From NCBI GenBank assembly GCA_973895155.1, contig OZ316899.1:11808734-11872733 (forward strand): a stretch of DNA of 64,000 bases, given 5' to 3'. Position numbers and translations under genes: made by a program. The notes below the pieces were generated by a model that saw only the letters and a program-made list of their open reading frames with translations, did not search any database and was not told the DNA's origin. The DNA comes from Marsupella aquatica. Lineage: Eukaryota > Plantae > Marchantiophyta. This document shows positions 47,677-60,502 of the stretch, one piece after another (the first letter of the stretch is position 1; the number at the start of each line of letters is the position of its first letter).

Positions 47677-50093
47677 ATGGCTGAATCTCCTGATAAGAAT
47701 GAGGTAGAGGATTGCATGCCTGATGTTGGTGATACAGAATATGATCCTGACCAAGATCCGAATGCAAGTGCTAGCATGTCAGAGGATGATGACATGCCAA
47801 ATCCTATCCCTCCACCAAAGCTTGCTTGTAGTAAGGCAATTGGGGGAACTTCTATGAGATCTCGACCGACGTCCTCTGTATACTCAGCCCAAGCCCCAAG
47901 CAACAGCAATTGCAATAACCCACAATTTAATGCCCCCAACTATAATTGGCCGCAAGCACGACAGGGGGGCAATAACTATGGCGGGTCTATGGGTGTAGGC
48001 CCTTCTGCCAGCTATATGGGTCCAAGTTGGCCAAGTAAGTGTGAACATTTTAATTTGTTTCATGTGGACAAGTGTATTTTGAGCTCAAATTGGCTGATTG
48101 TGTTCCTCAATAGATGTGGGTCCGAGTATGACAATTTGCCTGGTCTTATGTGAATGGCAAACCCAATGTGGGACCGTATGCAGCCCACAAATATGTATGA
48201 AGGAGGGTCAATGGGGCCATTGGGGCAATTCATGGGAGGTCCTCTCCCAATGGCGACAGGATGGCAAGGTTATGGTGGGTATGGTGGGAACCCAGCACCA
48301 GCACCAGCACCTTCAGTCCAACCAACACAGAGTCTGCGGAGGGGAGGAGGTATTTTCTACAGTAGTTCTAAGTAAAGTATTGAAATCAGGTAGTTCACAG
48401 AGACCATATGATATTAATGGTGTTAATTTCGTTTCTCTTTTCAGATAACCCTATCACACCCTGCTCAGGCCATGGGGGAGCAACTCCTGGATTTGCAACA
48501 CCAAGTAGTGCGTCAGGGAGCACTGGGAGAGGTGAGAATGTGAAGTTGGGTACTGTTGAAGTTGATGATGAAGGCCGGATCACAACAATGAGTGCTGGAA
48601 AGAATAGATGGCACAATGACTTGCGAATGGAGTGTCTACGGTGGTTGGACATTAGCTGTACTAACTTTAATTGTCAACATCCATCTGACTGGGAACTGGT
48701 TTGCAAATATATGCGAGACAAGTGGGAATATTTGGGGAATTATGGGAAAGGGGTCAGTGTTGATTGTCTTGCAGAGTATGGACGAACTATCATGAAAATA
48801 GAGAGGCATTGATTGCACAAAGCATGGATTGCTGATGGCAGTAAACCACATGCTGAAGCGCCCCCAAGTGTTCATGTAGAACAATGGGCTCGACTGAGAG
48901 GGACATTCCTGTCTAGGGTAGGACAGGAGAAGTCTGCACAAATGATTGCTGCTAGAAATGCAGTGAAGAATCCTATGCTTACAGGGAGGGGAGGACATGC
49001 ACCAGTAGTAGCCAAATTGGTTGGGTTCCCATGCCATACATATCTTTATTTACATTTCAATATTTGAGTGGACTGTATGTAGTTATAGTAGCATGCTACG
49101 TTTAGGCAAGATTGACATTGAGAAACGTGTCTTGCAATGTTTATGTGCTCCAGAAAAAGCTTATTGGAGAGAAACCCACAAAAGAGGAGGTTGTGGCAGA
49201 AATCAAAAGGGTAAAGTGTGATGAAGGCAACATTGGATCTAAACAGGTAATTTAGGAGCATTATTGATGGACAATCTGTTATACAGTCCTTCAGATGTAC
49301 AGTACTGAGAAGAGCCGTTTGGTTGGTGTATGTGATATATAGCAGGGAGCAGTGTCTACCCTTACAGAGATATCAGACCAGTTGAAGACTGTGGAGAATG
49401 TTTGGCCATCAGTAGAGACTGAGATCAAGAGTCAATTCAAGGACATAGCTAGTCTTCTTCAAAGCCAAGGATCAACCTTAAGGGAAGTACAAGCTGAACT
49501 ACGTGAGTTGCGGGTGATGCACATTGCTGGCAGGGTTGAGCACCCAATTGCACATCCATATGAAGAGCCTGCAAATATTGTGGAAGTTGTGCCTACAAAG
49601 AAGAGTGGTATGTGTCATCTGAAATCATGTTTAGTGTAGTGTGACTTTACCTAGGAATTTGAGGTTCATGGATGCAGGATGGTTCAGGTTCAGGTTCTAG
49701 ACCCTGAAGGTTTGTTACATTATGCATCAGGTGATCAGATTGCAGTGGTGATCAGATTGCAGTGGCTGCAGCAGATCCAAAGATCATCGAACTTGGTACA
49801 ACTGTCATTGAGAGTAAGTAAATGTTGGTTTGAAGACTCTGTCTGGCCTGTTAATGTGGTTGAGTATCTATGCCATGTACGTTCAATTAGTGCAAACTTG
49901 ATGGTTTGTTGACAGCTTTAGTGCCTATATGCTTAGTTGTAAATGAAGGAATTTGTGGCTGCTATTGAGGTACAGAGCCAGCACAGGAGGAGGTGCGCAT
50001 ACCAAATCCAGCAGGCAAGAAGAGGAGACGAAACTTAGAGGCTACCAAATTTTCAGATTCACAGGAGAAGCAGAGTGATGACAATGATGTGAT
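47677..50093 (+). pseudogene. CACTA-A TnpA-like multi-exon gene, truncated by the CACTA-B insertion
   Basis: Exons homologous to 54154-50947 (GKNRWHNDLRMECLRWLDIS vs GKNRWHSDLRGEVLRWLDLS; KRRRNL); in-frame TGA at 48151 and 48810. Confidence 0.8.
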
Positions 50094-50946
50094 CACTAGT
50101 AGAAACCGGGGGGTATTTAGACCCCATAAAACAACTATTCAGTACCGTATAGGACTTGGAAACAACTGGGAAGGACTCCAGTCCTTTATAGGACTATGAG
50201 TCGTATGTTTTGTTACTATAATCAACTGAGTCCTTTATAGAACTGGTTTATAAGTCGTTTTATAGACTGGATTTTCAGTCTATTGTAGTCTTTGTGTGGG
50301 TAGGTTTGGTGAGTCTTTTTCAGTCTTTTATGGACTGCGATGGTGAGTCGTTGGGAACGACTCAAAAGGTTATGGAGGGTAGTCTTTAAGTATACTTTGT
50401 GAGTTTATAAAACGACTAAAGTAGACACTTTGTGGGGTATGTACAAGTCTTTCATGTCAACTGGAAATGAGTGATGAAGACCCCACTATACTACTTGGAA
50501 TGAACTCACTCTTGTGCACAAATAACACATTCCATTCATGTTTTATTGTGTACTTGGAATGAACTCACTCTATAAGGTCACCATTCACCATGTTAACACA
50601 AATTTTCAGAAAGCCATCTTCTATACCATGTACACTAATATGAATTCACAGATTCAAACATCATAGACTACAAAGAAGGTCACAAAGCATTCGTCTATAC
50701 CATACACACTAATACTGAAATGATACAAAATAGATTCAAGTATCATAGACAATCACCATAGAGCCATAGTTTGACATCAATCACTTGTTTCATATATACA
50801 GAATTCAGAAATATCAATGTCACACACAACGGCTCCTTCATCCTCTTTACCAAATGGAAAAATTGGTACAGATATTTCTTGGATCTTCCCAAGGCAATGT
50901 CAAAATGTAACATATGTCACATGATTCTATCTACACTTGCATTCAG

Positions 50947-53900
50947 TCACTGCAGACTAACACACTCTGATGGCCAAAGCACAAGAGATCCTACTGCATC
51001 TGCAATTATTTCCTGAGGTGGATCATCGTCTCTATTCGGAAATGGCAAATTACAATCAGATACAATCACTGTAGTCAACAACACTACTACATGGTCATCC
51101 GGGACCACTTTGCCATGGAATTTAGCATGATCCGGTCGCAAAATGCCTGTACCCACACATACCTGCGAGTCATCCTCCCATGATAGAAGATTATGGACTG
51201 GCTCTGCTGTGGCTATCACCTCCACCTTACCCTGGCTGCTTTTCTTGGCTTTCCTGGGTGGCTTATACATGACATTATTCATACCTTGGTTGCGAGTCAT
51301 GACTTTGGCACGAGTGTTTTGTGCTGGTGATCGAGAATTGGCTACACTCTTCTTCAAAGAATCTGCATCCATATTTGACACTTCCAATTGTATAGCAGGA
51401 TTTCCCTGCGACATCATCTCAGTATCTGCCAACATTGTACTTGCTTCAATTGAAGCATCTACAATCTTACTTGCATCCAATGTTGCTCCCAAGTTTCGAC
51501 GTCGCTTCACCCTGCTCCCACTTGGTTGAGAGTTTGTCAACTCTGCATCAACTACAATTCAGTGCATTGTCCAACATAAGTGAATCACTCATCACATGTG
51601 CGCCATGTACATGTCACCAACCACAAAGTTGTCACTATCTCCTTACCATTATGAACAGCCTTCTTCCCCTTCTTTACCATTGCCATATCCTCCATGTCTG
51701 CTTCTGCTGATCAATAAACACACCACAATATTCAGGTTCAATCTATTAACCACTGAATTGTTTCTCAACAATGGTAGGAGAGGAATTTAAAGCATCAGCT
51801 TACCTGATACCTCCTTGGCTATGGTCACTGAGGCACTGGGCACATCTTTTTCATTGCTCTTTGAATCACCTGATACATCAATCATGATGTCTTTAGATCC
51901 TAGTTGATCCAACCAGTTCTTACAGAAAAGATTATCTCCAACCGGCTTAAGCTTCACAAAACTCCATGCACTTTTCAAATGTAATGTACTGGATCATAGC
52001 AGGTTACCTGTCTCAGCAACCTTTTTGCCATTCTGCTTACTGATTACAGGGTCCTTCTCTGCCTCCACTCTTCCTGCATTCAAACCATTCACTTACTGAT
52101 TACAGGGTCCTTCTCTGCCTCCACTCTTCCTGCATTAAAACCATTCACTCAATTCATGAAAACTTACTTCTAACATTTGAACATAGGACACAATGAACAA
52201 TGGGCCGGTGTCATTTCCATACCTGTGTCAGATTTGCCAATTCCCTTTTTTGTTAACAAGGGCACACTTTGTACAATGTTGCCCTCATTGTTTGGTTGGG
52301 AACCACCCAATTTTTTAATCACAAGCTTGAAATTAGATTCCACTGATGCAAGAAGGTTCGCTACAGATGCCTCCACAATATCCAAATGATCAGCCAATTT
52401 ACTTTCCACTCGAGGGAGTCCACACTCTAATGACTTCAACCGTTCACACATCTCTATGAGAGTTGTAACAGTTCCCTGTCATAACACAGCTTACATATCT
52501 CAGATAATTGTCCTCAAGAACTGGTTGCTTACTTACGACTACAATTCTTTCTGATGCTCAAGGGCAAATAGTCACAGAACATACAGAATTACAACATAAT
52601 CACCTGTTTGGAAGTCACACTTGTCACCTCACTCCTTTGTTTCATGAACTCCTCTCTCACTTCTTGTGCTGATGGTTCTTCACCTGTCAATTTCTTCTGC
52701 AGTCCACATCAACATACATATGAATGAAACCAAGTGTTGATTGTCAATGAAAATGTAATAATGGTAGCAAGATGATAAGTTTGAGGCTTACTATCAGGCA
52801 TGTCACTGCCTTACCAATTGTTCTTTCACTGGAGCATAACTTCCTCTCCCAGCCTGTGACAGGTGTTTCACTTTGCCTCGAGCATTTGACATCAGTTCAC
52901 TTTTGCTCTGTCCAGCCTCTGACATGAACCCTTTGATTAACCGTGTCCATTGATCCAATTCCAATGATGGGGGTGGTGGCATTCTCCTGTTAGAACCATT
53001 GTCTATCCACATCCTTTTCAACCTATGCCTCTCTTGTTTCAAAATCCTCATTGCATAATCTGATATGCAATCTTCAACTGGGCCCTTACCATCATTACCA
53101 ACATAGTCCCACCGTTCAAGAATGTCCTTGCAGATAGCAGCCCAATCAGCTTTGTTCTGACTCCTAAACTCTGTAATGCTCAAATCTAACCAACGCAATA
53201 CTTCTCCTCTTAGGTCAGAATGCCAACGGTTCTTACCATCACATGTGGGAGTTATCCAACCATCGGAATTCACTTCTACTTTACCAAATTTGTTACTGTC
53301 TCCTGCCTTGGTACTCCCTGAAGCGCTACTAGGTGTCCCTCCACGGCCTGGTGTCCCCCCACGGCCTGGGGTCCCTCCACGGCCTGATCTCCCCCCACGG
53401 CCTGGATTGCATTGTCCAAACCTCCCTGGAGTCCCTACACATTTACAGGATCCATTAGGTAAGTATGAATCATAAATCCTACTGCCAAATATACAGTGGA
53501 CTTCAGAGCAATTCTGCAATGACCAAGTTACCTCTCCCTTGGCGCATAGATGGTTCTGGACCACCTGTCCTATTGCTTTGTCTTGATGAATTAGGGCCGT
53601 TTCTCCCGCCTGTGAATGATTGCCTCCTATCTGAACGTGGATGGCCTTTGTTGTTTTCATGATTGTCCCAATCAGAGTCTGCATACCAACAGGTACATGC
53701 CACACTCATGGACCTGTAAGATAAACTCTTTGCCCTAGCTACACATCAGATAAGTGCATATTGAGCTAAATCTCTACTACCATCACAAAATCACTAGCAC
53801 AAGGCACTTACTTGTCCAATCATCCTCCTCACCTTTCCATTGCCCTCTGTACCCGTCTCTACCACGCTCTGGGTGTTCATATTCATCCCATCCATCTTCT

Positions 53901-54154
53901 GCTCCATCATAGTCATCATCATAATTATCAGGCGTCCCTTGCCAATAACTCTGGCTCCTTCTAGGGTATGGATTATGTGATTTCTCTCTAGCTGCCCACC
54001 TACCTGGGACTTGATGAGGGCCCTGTGCATCTTGCACAGGTGCATTTTTCTGTGAGCCCCCTACATCTGGGTCTCCATCCATATCCAATCTTTCCTCTTC
54101 ACTCCACTCTCCAAGCCCCATGTCTGTCTCCATGTCATCACCCTCTTCCCCCAT
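50947..54154 (-). CDS. CACTA-B TnpA-like multi-exon gene (exon boundaries and integrity not fully resolved)
   Basis: Acidic N-terminal exon, GRGGTP repeats, Ptta-like domain (53430-52813), coiled exon, C-terminal Tnp1/En/Spm-like domain FHGKVVPDDHVVV...LPFP...DAVGSLVLWP. Confidence 0.75.
52036..52149. repeat. 56-bp near-perfect tandem duplication, 2 copies
   Basis: CTTACTGATTACAGGGTCCTTCTCTGCCTCCACTCTTCCTGCATT(C/A)AAACCATTCA repeated. Confidence 0.9.
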
Positions 54155-54331
54155 AGCTTCTGCACAGCACCCACAACCAAACAGGGAGAATTAGCACACT
54201 AAATTCAAAGTATCAATCAATTTCATGCATATCCAACTATCCTAAACATCATTCCAAGCAGCAATTCCCGTTCTGTGACTCTGTGCAGGTAGTCATTCTC
54301 AACCTCATACTTGCCAATCGCCAGCTGTTGC

Positions 54332-57300
54332 CTATTGCAAATCATCAACCTCATCATATTCCATTTGCCCAGGTTCATCATATGTCTCTCTCAATGTTAA
54401 GGGGATGTAGTCAGTCCCTGCCCGAGTTGGAAGTACAGTCTCATGACTAGGATGCTCGAATGCAGCATGGTCATCCAAACTGAACTCTACTTTACTTCCA
54501 TCCATTCGCCTGTTCCGTGCTTGGCTATGGCATACCACCCTCCAGCCATGTGACTCCTCCACATCTGCAAAGAAAGCCTGTTCAACTTGGCTAGGGAAAA
54601 CAAAAGGCTCAGACCATTCTGGTACTCTGGACCTAAAATTGGCCAACAAGAACCCATCATGATCACGCTTCATGGTGGCCCTTGGTCTCTGCCACTCTGA
54701 TTTCACCCATGATCCCTTCATCAATATCACTGGGACACTTGTGTTACCATAATTCAACACCCAAATGTCGGTCAACTCCCCCACGTAACCCATCTTCATC
54801 CACCCCCTCTGTTCTTCAGAGGTTCTCTGCTCAAACACAGAAATCAAACCACAATCATATGATACACAATGGTCACCCTGCTCATCCCTCACTCGATAAT
54901 GATTTCCATAAGCTCTCATCCGTTTGTAGGTCAGAATAGACAATCGTGGTGGCACAGATAGAAGATACAAATCCTTCTCCATATCTGGGTGATGTCTACT
55001 ATGCTCTCGAATTGTCACCCGAATCCACTGCTCGAATTGTGGGAAGGGATCCTGTTGCCCAGAGTGTGCAGCTTTTTGCATATCATATTCCCTGCAATAT
55101 GAGGTACAGGCATAGTTAGGTCTAAACAACACATGACAACCTAAGATCACCCTTGGAATAGACAAGAAGCATCACAACAAAGGCAAGTCAATTCAATCAC
55201 TCACCTCCACCATGGTTGCATAGGCTCTGTGTTTGCCAGCACATATGAATGAGCCTTGTCTCGAATCGCAACAGGCAGCTGAACAGCACGTCCCACACCT
55301 TCAACAACCTCGCCACTCACTCCATCATCTTCACCAGATTTCCAAACTCTTGTCATAGCTTCACCAGACCCAGCCATGTACTCTGTTAGGAATCTCAACG
55401 TCTCATCCTTAATGTACCCCAATGCCATGGAAGCCTCTGGCCTGTAGTATGTTCTCACATGACCTTTCAACAACTTCATGTATCGCTCCATAGGGTACAT
55501 CCATCTGGTACTGACTGGCCCATACTGCCCTAGCTCTTCTACCACATGGATTAGGAGATGAGTCATAACATCAAAGAAAGCAGGGGGGAAGTATATCTCC
55601 AAGTCACAGAGGACATAAGCAGCATCCTGCTTCAACTGCTCCAATCCTTGGGGATCCCACACTTTCACACATATACGGCGAAATACATTGCACAGTCGAA
55701 GAATGACATTACGGACTGGTTTCTGCATGAGACCTCTGAGGCATAGGGGCAGAATGTGCTGCATCAACACATGGTAGTCATGTGTTTTCATACTGCCAAG
55801 TTTATTCTTTGTAATATGCTTCTTGAAGGCACCAGCATAGCCAGAGGGCACTTTCAGACAGCTCAATCTATACAAGAATGTCTTCCATTCATCCTGTGTG
55901 CACACATAGGGAGCTTGGAACTTGAGAAGTACATTGGGATTGCTTGCATGGGGCTTCAACCAAAGGTGAGGGCGAATCCCCTTCTGTTGCATATCAGCTC
56001 AAACTGCTCCTGTATCTTTCTCACCCGACAAGAACTTCAGCAAGCTCTCACAAATATTTTTCTCAATGTGCATGACGTCCACATTGTGTTTGCTGGGCTC
56101 AAATTCCTGCACTCCACAAAGCAAAGAATTCAACAACAGAAACACTAATTAACCACAGAGGAGGATTGTAACCAACATCAATTCACCATTGCTCCAATCT
56201 AAAATTGCAATCATACAGGGGCTGGAGGCTAAGTACATTACCCTCCAGTACTCCAACTCCAAGTCCATCAAGGTCTGTCTTTTCACACCGTGTTTCACCA
56301 CTGGATCCTCAGGTTCTCGATCAGTGGCACTTCTCTTGTCCCAATCAGCCTTCCTGGCTGCCCACCTCAGGACTTGCTCTCTGGTGACCCTCTGTGGTGG
56401 GCCACGAAGCTCTGTTTTGTTGTTGAAGTGTGCAATTTGAGACCGTGTGTGCCTGTAAGGATGATCAACAGGCAGATACCTTCTATGCCCCTGAAATTTC
56501 ATACTGTGCAGGGCATGCGACCACTCACTTGTCACATTTTTCCCACATGGTGTGCACCCCACATAGCCCTTTGTCACTCGTCCAGATATGATGCCATGGC
56601 CTGGGTAATCTGCTATATCCAGCAAACAAATTGCATGCAGTCTAAAGGGGCTGGGTCGAAGAAGCCCCTTCAGAACATCATGGGTTAACACCCCTTCTAT
56701 CCACAAAGTCTTCCACTCTTCCACTGCTGGAGCCAACATGATATCTATGAATTGCTCGGTCACAGAAGCTGGTCCAGGGATTAACAGCACCATCATGACA
56801 AAAAACCTCTTTGTAGTCATCCATGGGGGAAGGTTGTAATTTAGCAGCGTAACCGGCCAACATGAATAACGGTTGTTTTTGTCTCCAAATGGGTTTACTC
56901 CATCCAGTGATAGACCAAATCGAAAGTTCCGCTTCTCTGCAGCAAACTGTGGCCACCTCTCATCAACAAATTTCCAATGGTTGGAATCTCCAATGTGACG
57001 CTGCAGGCCATCACTGCTCTTGTTATCAGGAGTCCATGTCATCAGCTTGGAAATGGCAGGGCATCTAAACAGACGTTGTAGTCTAGGAATGAGAGGAAAA
57101 TGACGAAGAACCTTGGCAGGGTTTGTACATTTCCCTACATTCTTGTACCTGTGCTTACCACAATGAGGGCATGTCAATTTATCTGCATGCTCTTTGCAAA
57201 AGAGAACACACCCATCAGGGCATGCGTCAATAGACACATAGTTCAGCCCAAGGTTAGACATCAATTTCCTAGCCTCGTACATATTTTTTGGAATTGAATT

Positions 57301-58032
57301 ACCATCTGGTAACACATTTCGGCACAGGAAGGTCAACAACTCTGTCACAAATATATTGGGAACATTGTGATTGCCACAGATGTTCAACAACAACACGACA
57401 AAACCCAGCTTGGAGCAGTTCGACCCCTCGTAGATAGGAATGCAAGCTTCTTTGATGTGTTTTGGGCCCCCAAACACCCACTCCCTCTCTGCTGCACCTT
57501 CCCCAATGTCAAAGTCAGGTTCAGCTTGGCCGTCGCCAATGTGTGGCTGCGGTTCATTGTCCTCTTTTGATTCCACTGTGTCGTAAAAAGCATCAAGGTC
57601 TTCAAAAATCTCTTGAACCATTCTTGGGACATCCATCCCACCGTCCTCAGTGACTGCCTCTGCATCTCCATCTTGGTCATCCACGTTCTCATGTTGGACC
57701 CCAGGACCATCCTCTGCACAGTCTATGTCCTGCTCTACGTAGTCTCTACGCCTAGCTGTATTAGAATCCACAAAGTCAGCTCTCCACTCTTCATCAGAGG
57801 AGTCTTCTTCTGCTGGTACATTCCAAACCCTCCACTGAGGGTGCCTTTCATGCCGCAGCAGGTGAAGGTGCACAGTGTTCAAACTCAACGACTTGAATCC
57901 TTGGCACTGTGTGCATGGGCATCTCATCCTCCTACTCCTACCTTGGGCGGCCCGGGCTTGTTCACGCATCCACAATTTAGAATCATGATGCCTAATCCTA
58001 AATGGGTTGTGAAGAGGCAACCTTGGAGCCAT
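54332..58032 (-). pseudogene. CACTA-B transposase, three exons (58032-56242, 56106-55205, 55091-54332), with one premature TGA
   Basis: Full motif set. GT-AG introns 56241-56107 and 55204-55092 at the same positions as in CACTA-A. TGA at 56001-55999 where the paralogue has CGA (Arg). Confidence 0.92.
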
Positions 58033-58350
58033 CACTATACACACGCACTCAGCACCCTGTCATTTTATTATGCAAGTGAAAAATACACTTCCTGTTAAGG
58101 ATTTCACCCCCGACTGTACTTGCCAAAATACGTAACGTTCCAAAAAAACAAAAAATATAGGTGCCTGAGTCATGTACCTATTCTCAAGTGAATGAGACAA
58201 AATTCCTAAATGTTTGAGGGTGTAAACTCCTCCGCTGTCCTCACATGTACTGCCTCTGCACGTACATCCATGACCATATCAGAGTCCAATCATGTATAGT
58301 CATAGACACAGGTGCCAGGTGCGAGACCGGTGTGAGATGTCCTCATCTTA

Positions 58351-58920
58351 CTACCACATCAAATACGGATACCAATCCTGTTGTCGATGCCACTCAGCCC
58401 TGAGGTACTCAGGCATGTACATTAAGTCATCAAGGTCTAAACCCTGCTCATGCCATGGTGGTCTTCGATCCGTGCCTACAAGCAGTGGTAGCAGTGCCCT
58501 CCATGGTGCACATGTTGCTACCAAGTCCCTCCACTGGGTACTAATTAGTCTATATTTGCAGATATCTTGTGCGCCAGACACCACAAGAACCCTCGGCCAG
58601 ACATGTGTAAGAACTATATCATCTGCCAAATTAGGCAACAAGGAACCACCTACAGCATCGTGCTTGTCTAACTCATCTGCTGAAAAGTAAATGTCCTCTT
58701 CCGACTGTGCATCCTCATTCACCACAGCATTCACAACACATCCAAGGTCTGCAGGCATTATCTCGGATGGAGCTACACTCTGTCTGGTTACCAATCCACA
58801 CAAGTAAGCCCAAGCAGTAGCCATGCACGATGCAACCCGTAGGAGGACCCTACATAGGGCCTGACGGTCTGGAAGAGGCAGCATACCCACCAAAGTCTTC
58901 AGCCAAACAGAGCCCAGCAA
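58351..58920 (-). CDS. F-box-like small protein (CACTA-B cargo); start uncertain
   Basis: LLPNLADDIVLTHVWPRV...ICKYRLISTQWRDLV resembles the F-box consensus LPxLPDD...I...L.......R.V.k.Wr.Lv. Confidence 0.6.
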   Translation of the reverse strand: MLGSVWLKTLVGMLPLPDRQALCRVLLRVASCMATAWAYLCGLVTRQSVAPSEIMPADLGCVVNAVVNEDAQSEEDIYFSADELDKHDAVGGSLLPNLADDIVLTHVWPRVLVVSGAQDICKYRLISTQWRDLVATCAPWRALLPLLVGTDRRPPWHEQGLDLDDLMYMPEYLRAEWHRQQDWYPYLMW

Positions 58921-59060
58921 GTAGATTCACAGTCACACCCCACGCAGCAGGAAACAACAATCACTTCAACTGCGACCACCCATGACAAGACGAGTTAGTT
59001 CAAGGATCACATTTATTACAAAATTGTGATTTATACAAAAATATGAGGGACTCCTACTCC

Positions 59061-59909
59061 TCACTCTCTCCCACCTTTGCTAAGCATACATCTCCGCTGA
59101 ATCTTGGAGGGCCAGGCCTCAAAAATATCAAAGTCCCAAGCATTCTGTCGCTTCCCTCTAGCTGCTGATTCCAGAAGCCAATCAGGGGAAAGCACCCAAA
59201 GATTGTTGTTCATGACAAAATCACGCACTATTGTCTTAAAGAATTTTCTGCATATTTTCATGTATGACAGACCTACAACATGAGTGGAGGTTTCTGTTAG
59301 ACTCTCCTCCACTGTCCCACCTAGCTCAACAACTATGGACTTGTACAGTCTGCACTTAGTCTCCCCAATTCCTTCTTCTGCAAATACCACACTGAACCCC
59401 TTCATAATGGTATTTCTCTCCTTGCCATGCTCATTCAATATAGCATCTGCACGCATAGGATGGTGTCCTATGTTGACAACAGGTCCATATTGGACAGAAG
59501 CAAAGTTGGGTTTCTCTGCCGCTGCTTCATAGGCTTCCTTTTCAGCCAAAGCCTCTACAGTGGCCTCCTCACTCTCCCACAACTCATATTGCTCAGTACT
59601 CTGTACACACCTATGTTTAACAGAATCGGTCAGCCAAGAGACTTCAACTACTTTTAGACCTTGGTTGGTAATGGCAGAATCAATGAAGGACCATGACCAC
59701 TTGTTCATCACATCCAGCCATGTCCCCGCAACAACATGTGTAGTCTGTGGAGTGATGTCCTTGACTTCAGTCCCATGGAACTCTGAGAATCGTTTTTGTA
59801 CGATTGGCCAACTCACTTGGGTGAACCCACAGTGGCCAGGAATCAAAATGGCTTTGATTCCAGCCAACAGAGGCGGGTGGTCAACCTTTGTACGTTTCCT
59901 AGAGGCCAT
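59061..59909 (-). CDS. Tandem-BRCT protein, intact (CACTA-B cargo)
   Basis: Basic N-terminus (RKRTK), then two repeats LLAGIKAIL...HG...TTHVVA...VVEVSWLTDS and IMKGFSVVF...LGG...STHVVG...VLSPDWLLES. Confidence 0.85.
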   Translation of the reverse strand: MASRKRTKVDHPPLLAGIKAILIPGHCGFTQVSWPIVQKRFSEFHGTEVKDITPQTTHVVAGTWLDVMNKWSWSFIDSAITNQGLKVVEVSWLTDSVKHRCVQSTEQYELWESEEATVEALAEKEAYEAAAEKPNFASVQYGPVVNIGHHPMRADAILNEHGKERNTIMKGFSVVFAEEGIGETKCRLYKSIVVELGGTVEESLTETSTHVVGLSYMKICRKFFKTIVRDFVMNNNLWVLSPDWLLESAARGKRQNAWDFDIFEAWPSKIQRRCMLSKGGRE

Positions 59910-60502
59910 GTACACACGGGCCACCTAATCACTGCAGACCGGAAGATAATGCGTTCACCTGATAATCGGAGGGCCCTTAAAATGCTGCGTTTATAACTTG
60001 GTCCAGTCCAGTCGTCTGGTGAGTCTCTGCTCCGATTCCAAACGGGAGAAATATTGGGACAAACGTACTAGACACCTGCAAGCATGCATCGTTTGAATAT
60101 GTGCCTTCACAATATTGAAGGTGACAAGTGCAATTGTTTTGTGATGCCACATACAGATGTTGTAAATGGGCAGACATTCAATGAGAATACAAAATGTTGG
60201 TACACTTTAAGGGAATTCTCGCAAATTAAATAGCCTTGTAACTTATATGCTCATAATGAGAAGTCCTGATTTAATTTAAGCAGTGTCATGTAAGTCGTGA
60301 TCAAAATGATTGCAGAGTTTAAAAAGTTCCTAGAAGGCTTAAGGGGAGTTTTTGAAGGCATGTACCCAGGAACAAGTAATGAACTTAGGGTACTTGTTGC
60401 CGAAGCATCCTCTCCTACAGAGGTCCTTCTTCTCAAAATTGGAATGTCTGCAATCTCCAAGGTATCCACATCAGGTGCACTATGCATGTACATTATTCAG
60501 GT

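Larger units (their letters stand above)
12226..50093 (+). mobile_element. CACTA-A: large CACTA/EnSpm DNA transposon hosting five insertions; right end outside the window
   Basis: Left TIR CACTAGTAGAAA at 12226, subterminal tandem repeats, cargo ORFs, plus-strand transposase and TnpA-like gene. Gene order matches CACTA-B. Linking this TIR to the downstream genes is inferred because the right TIR is not seen. Confidence 0.8.
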
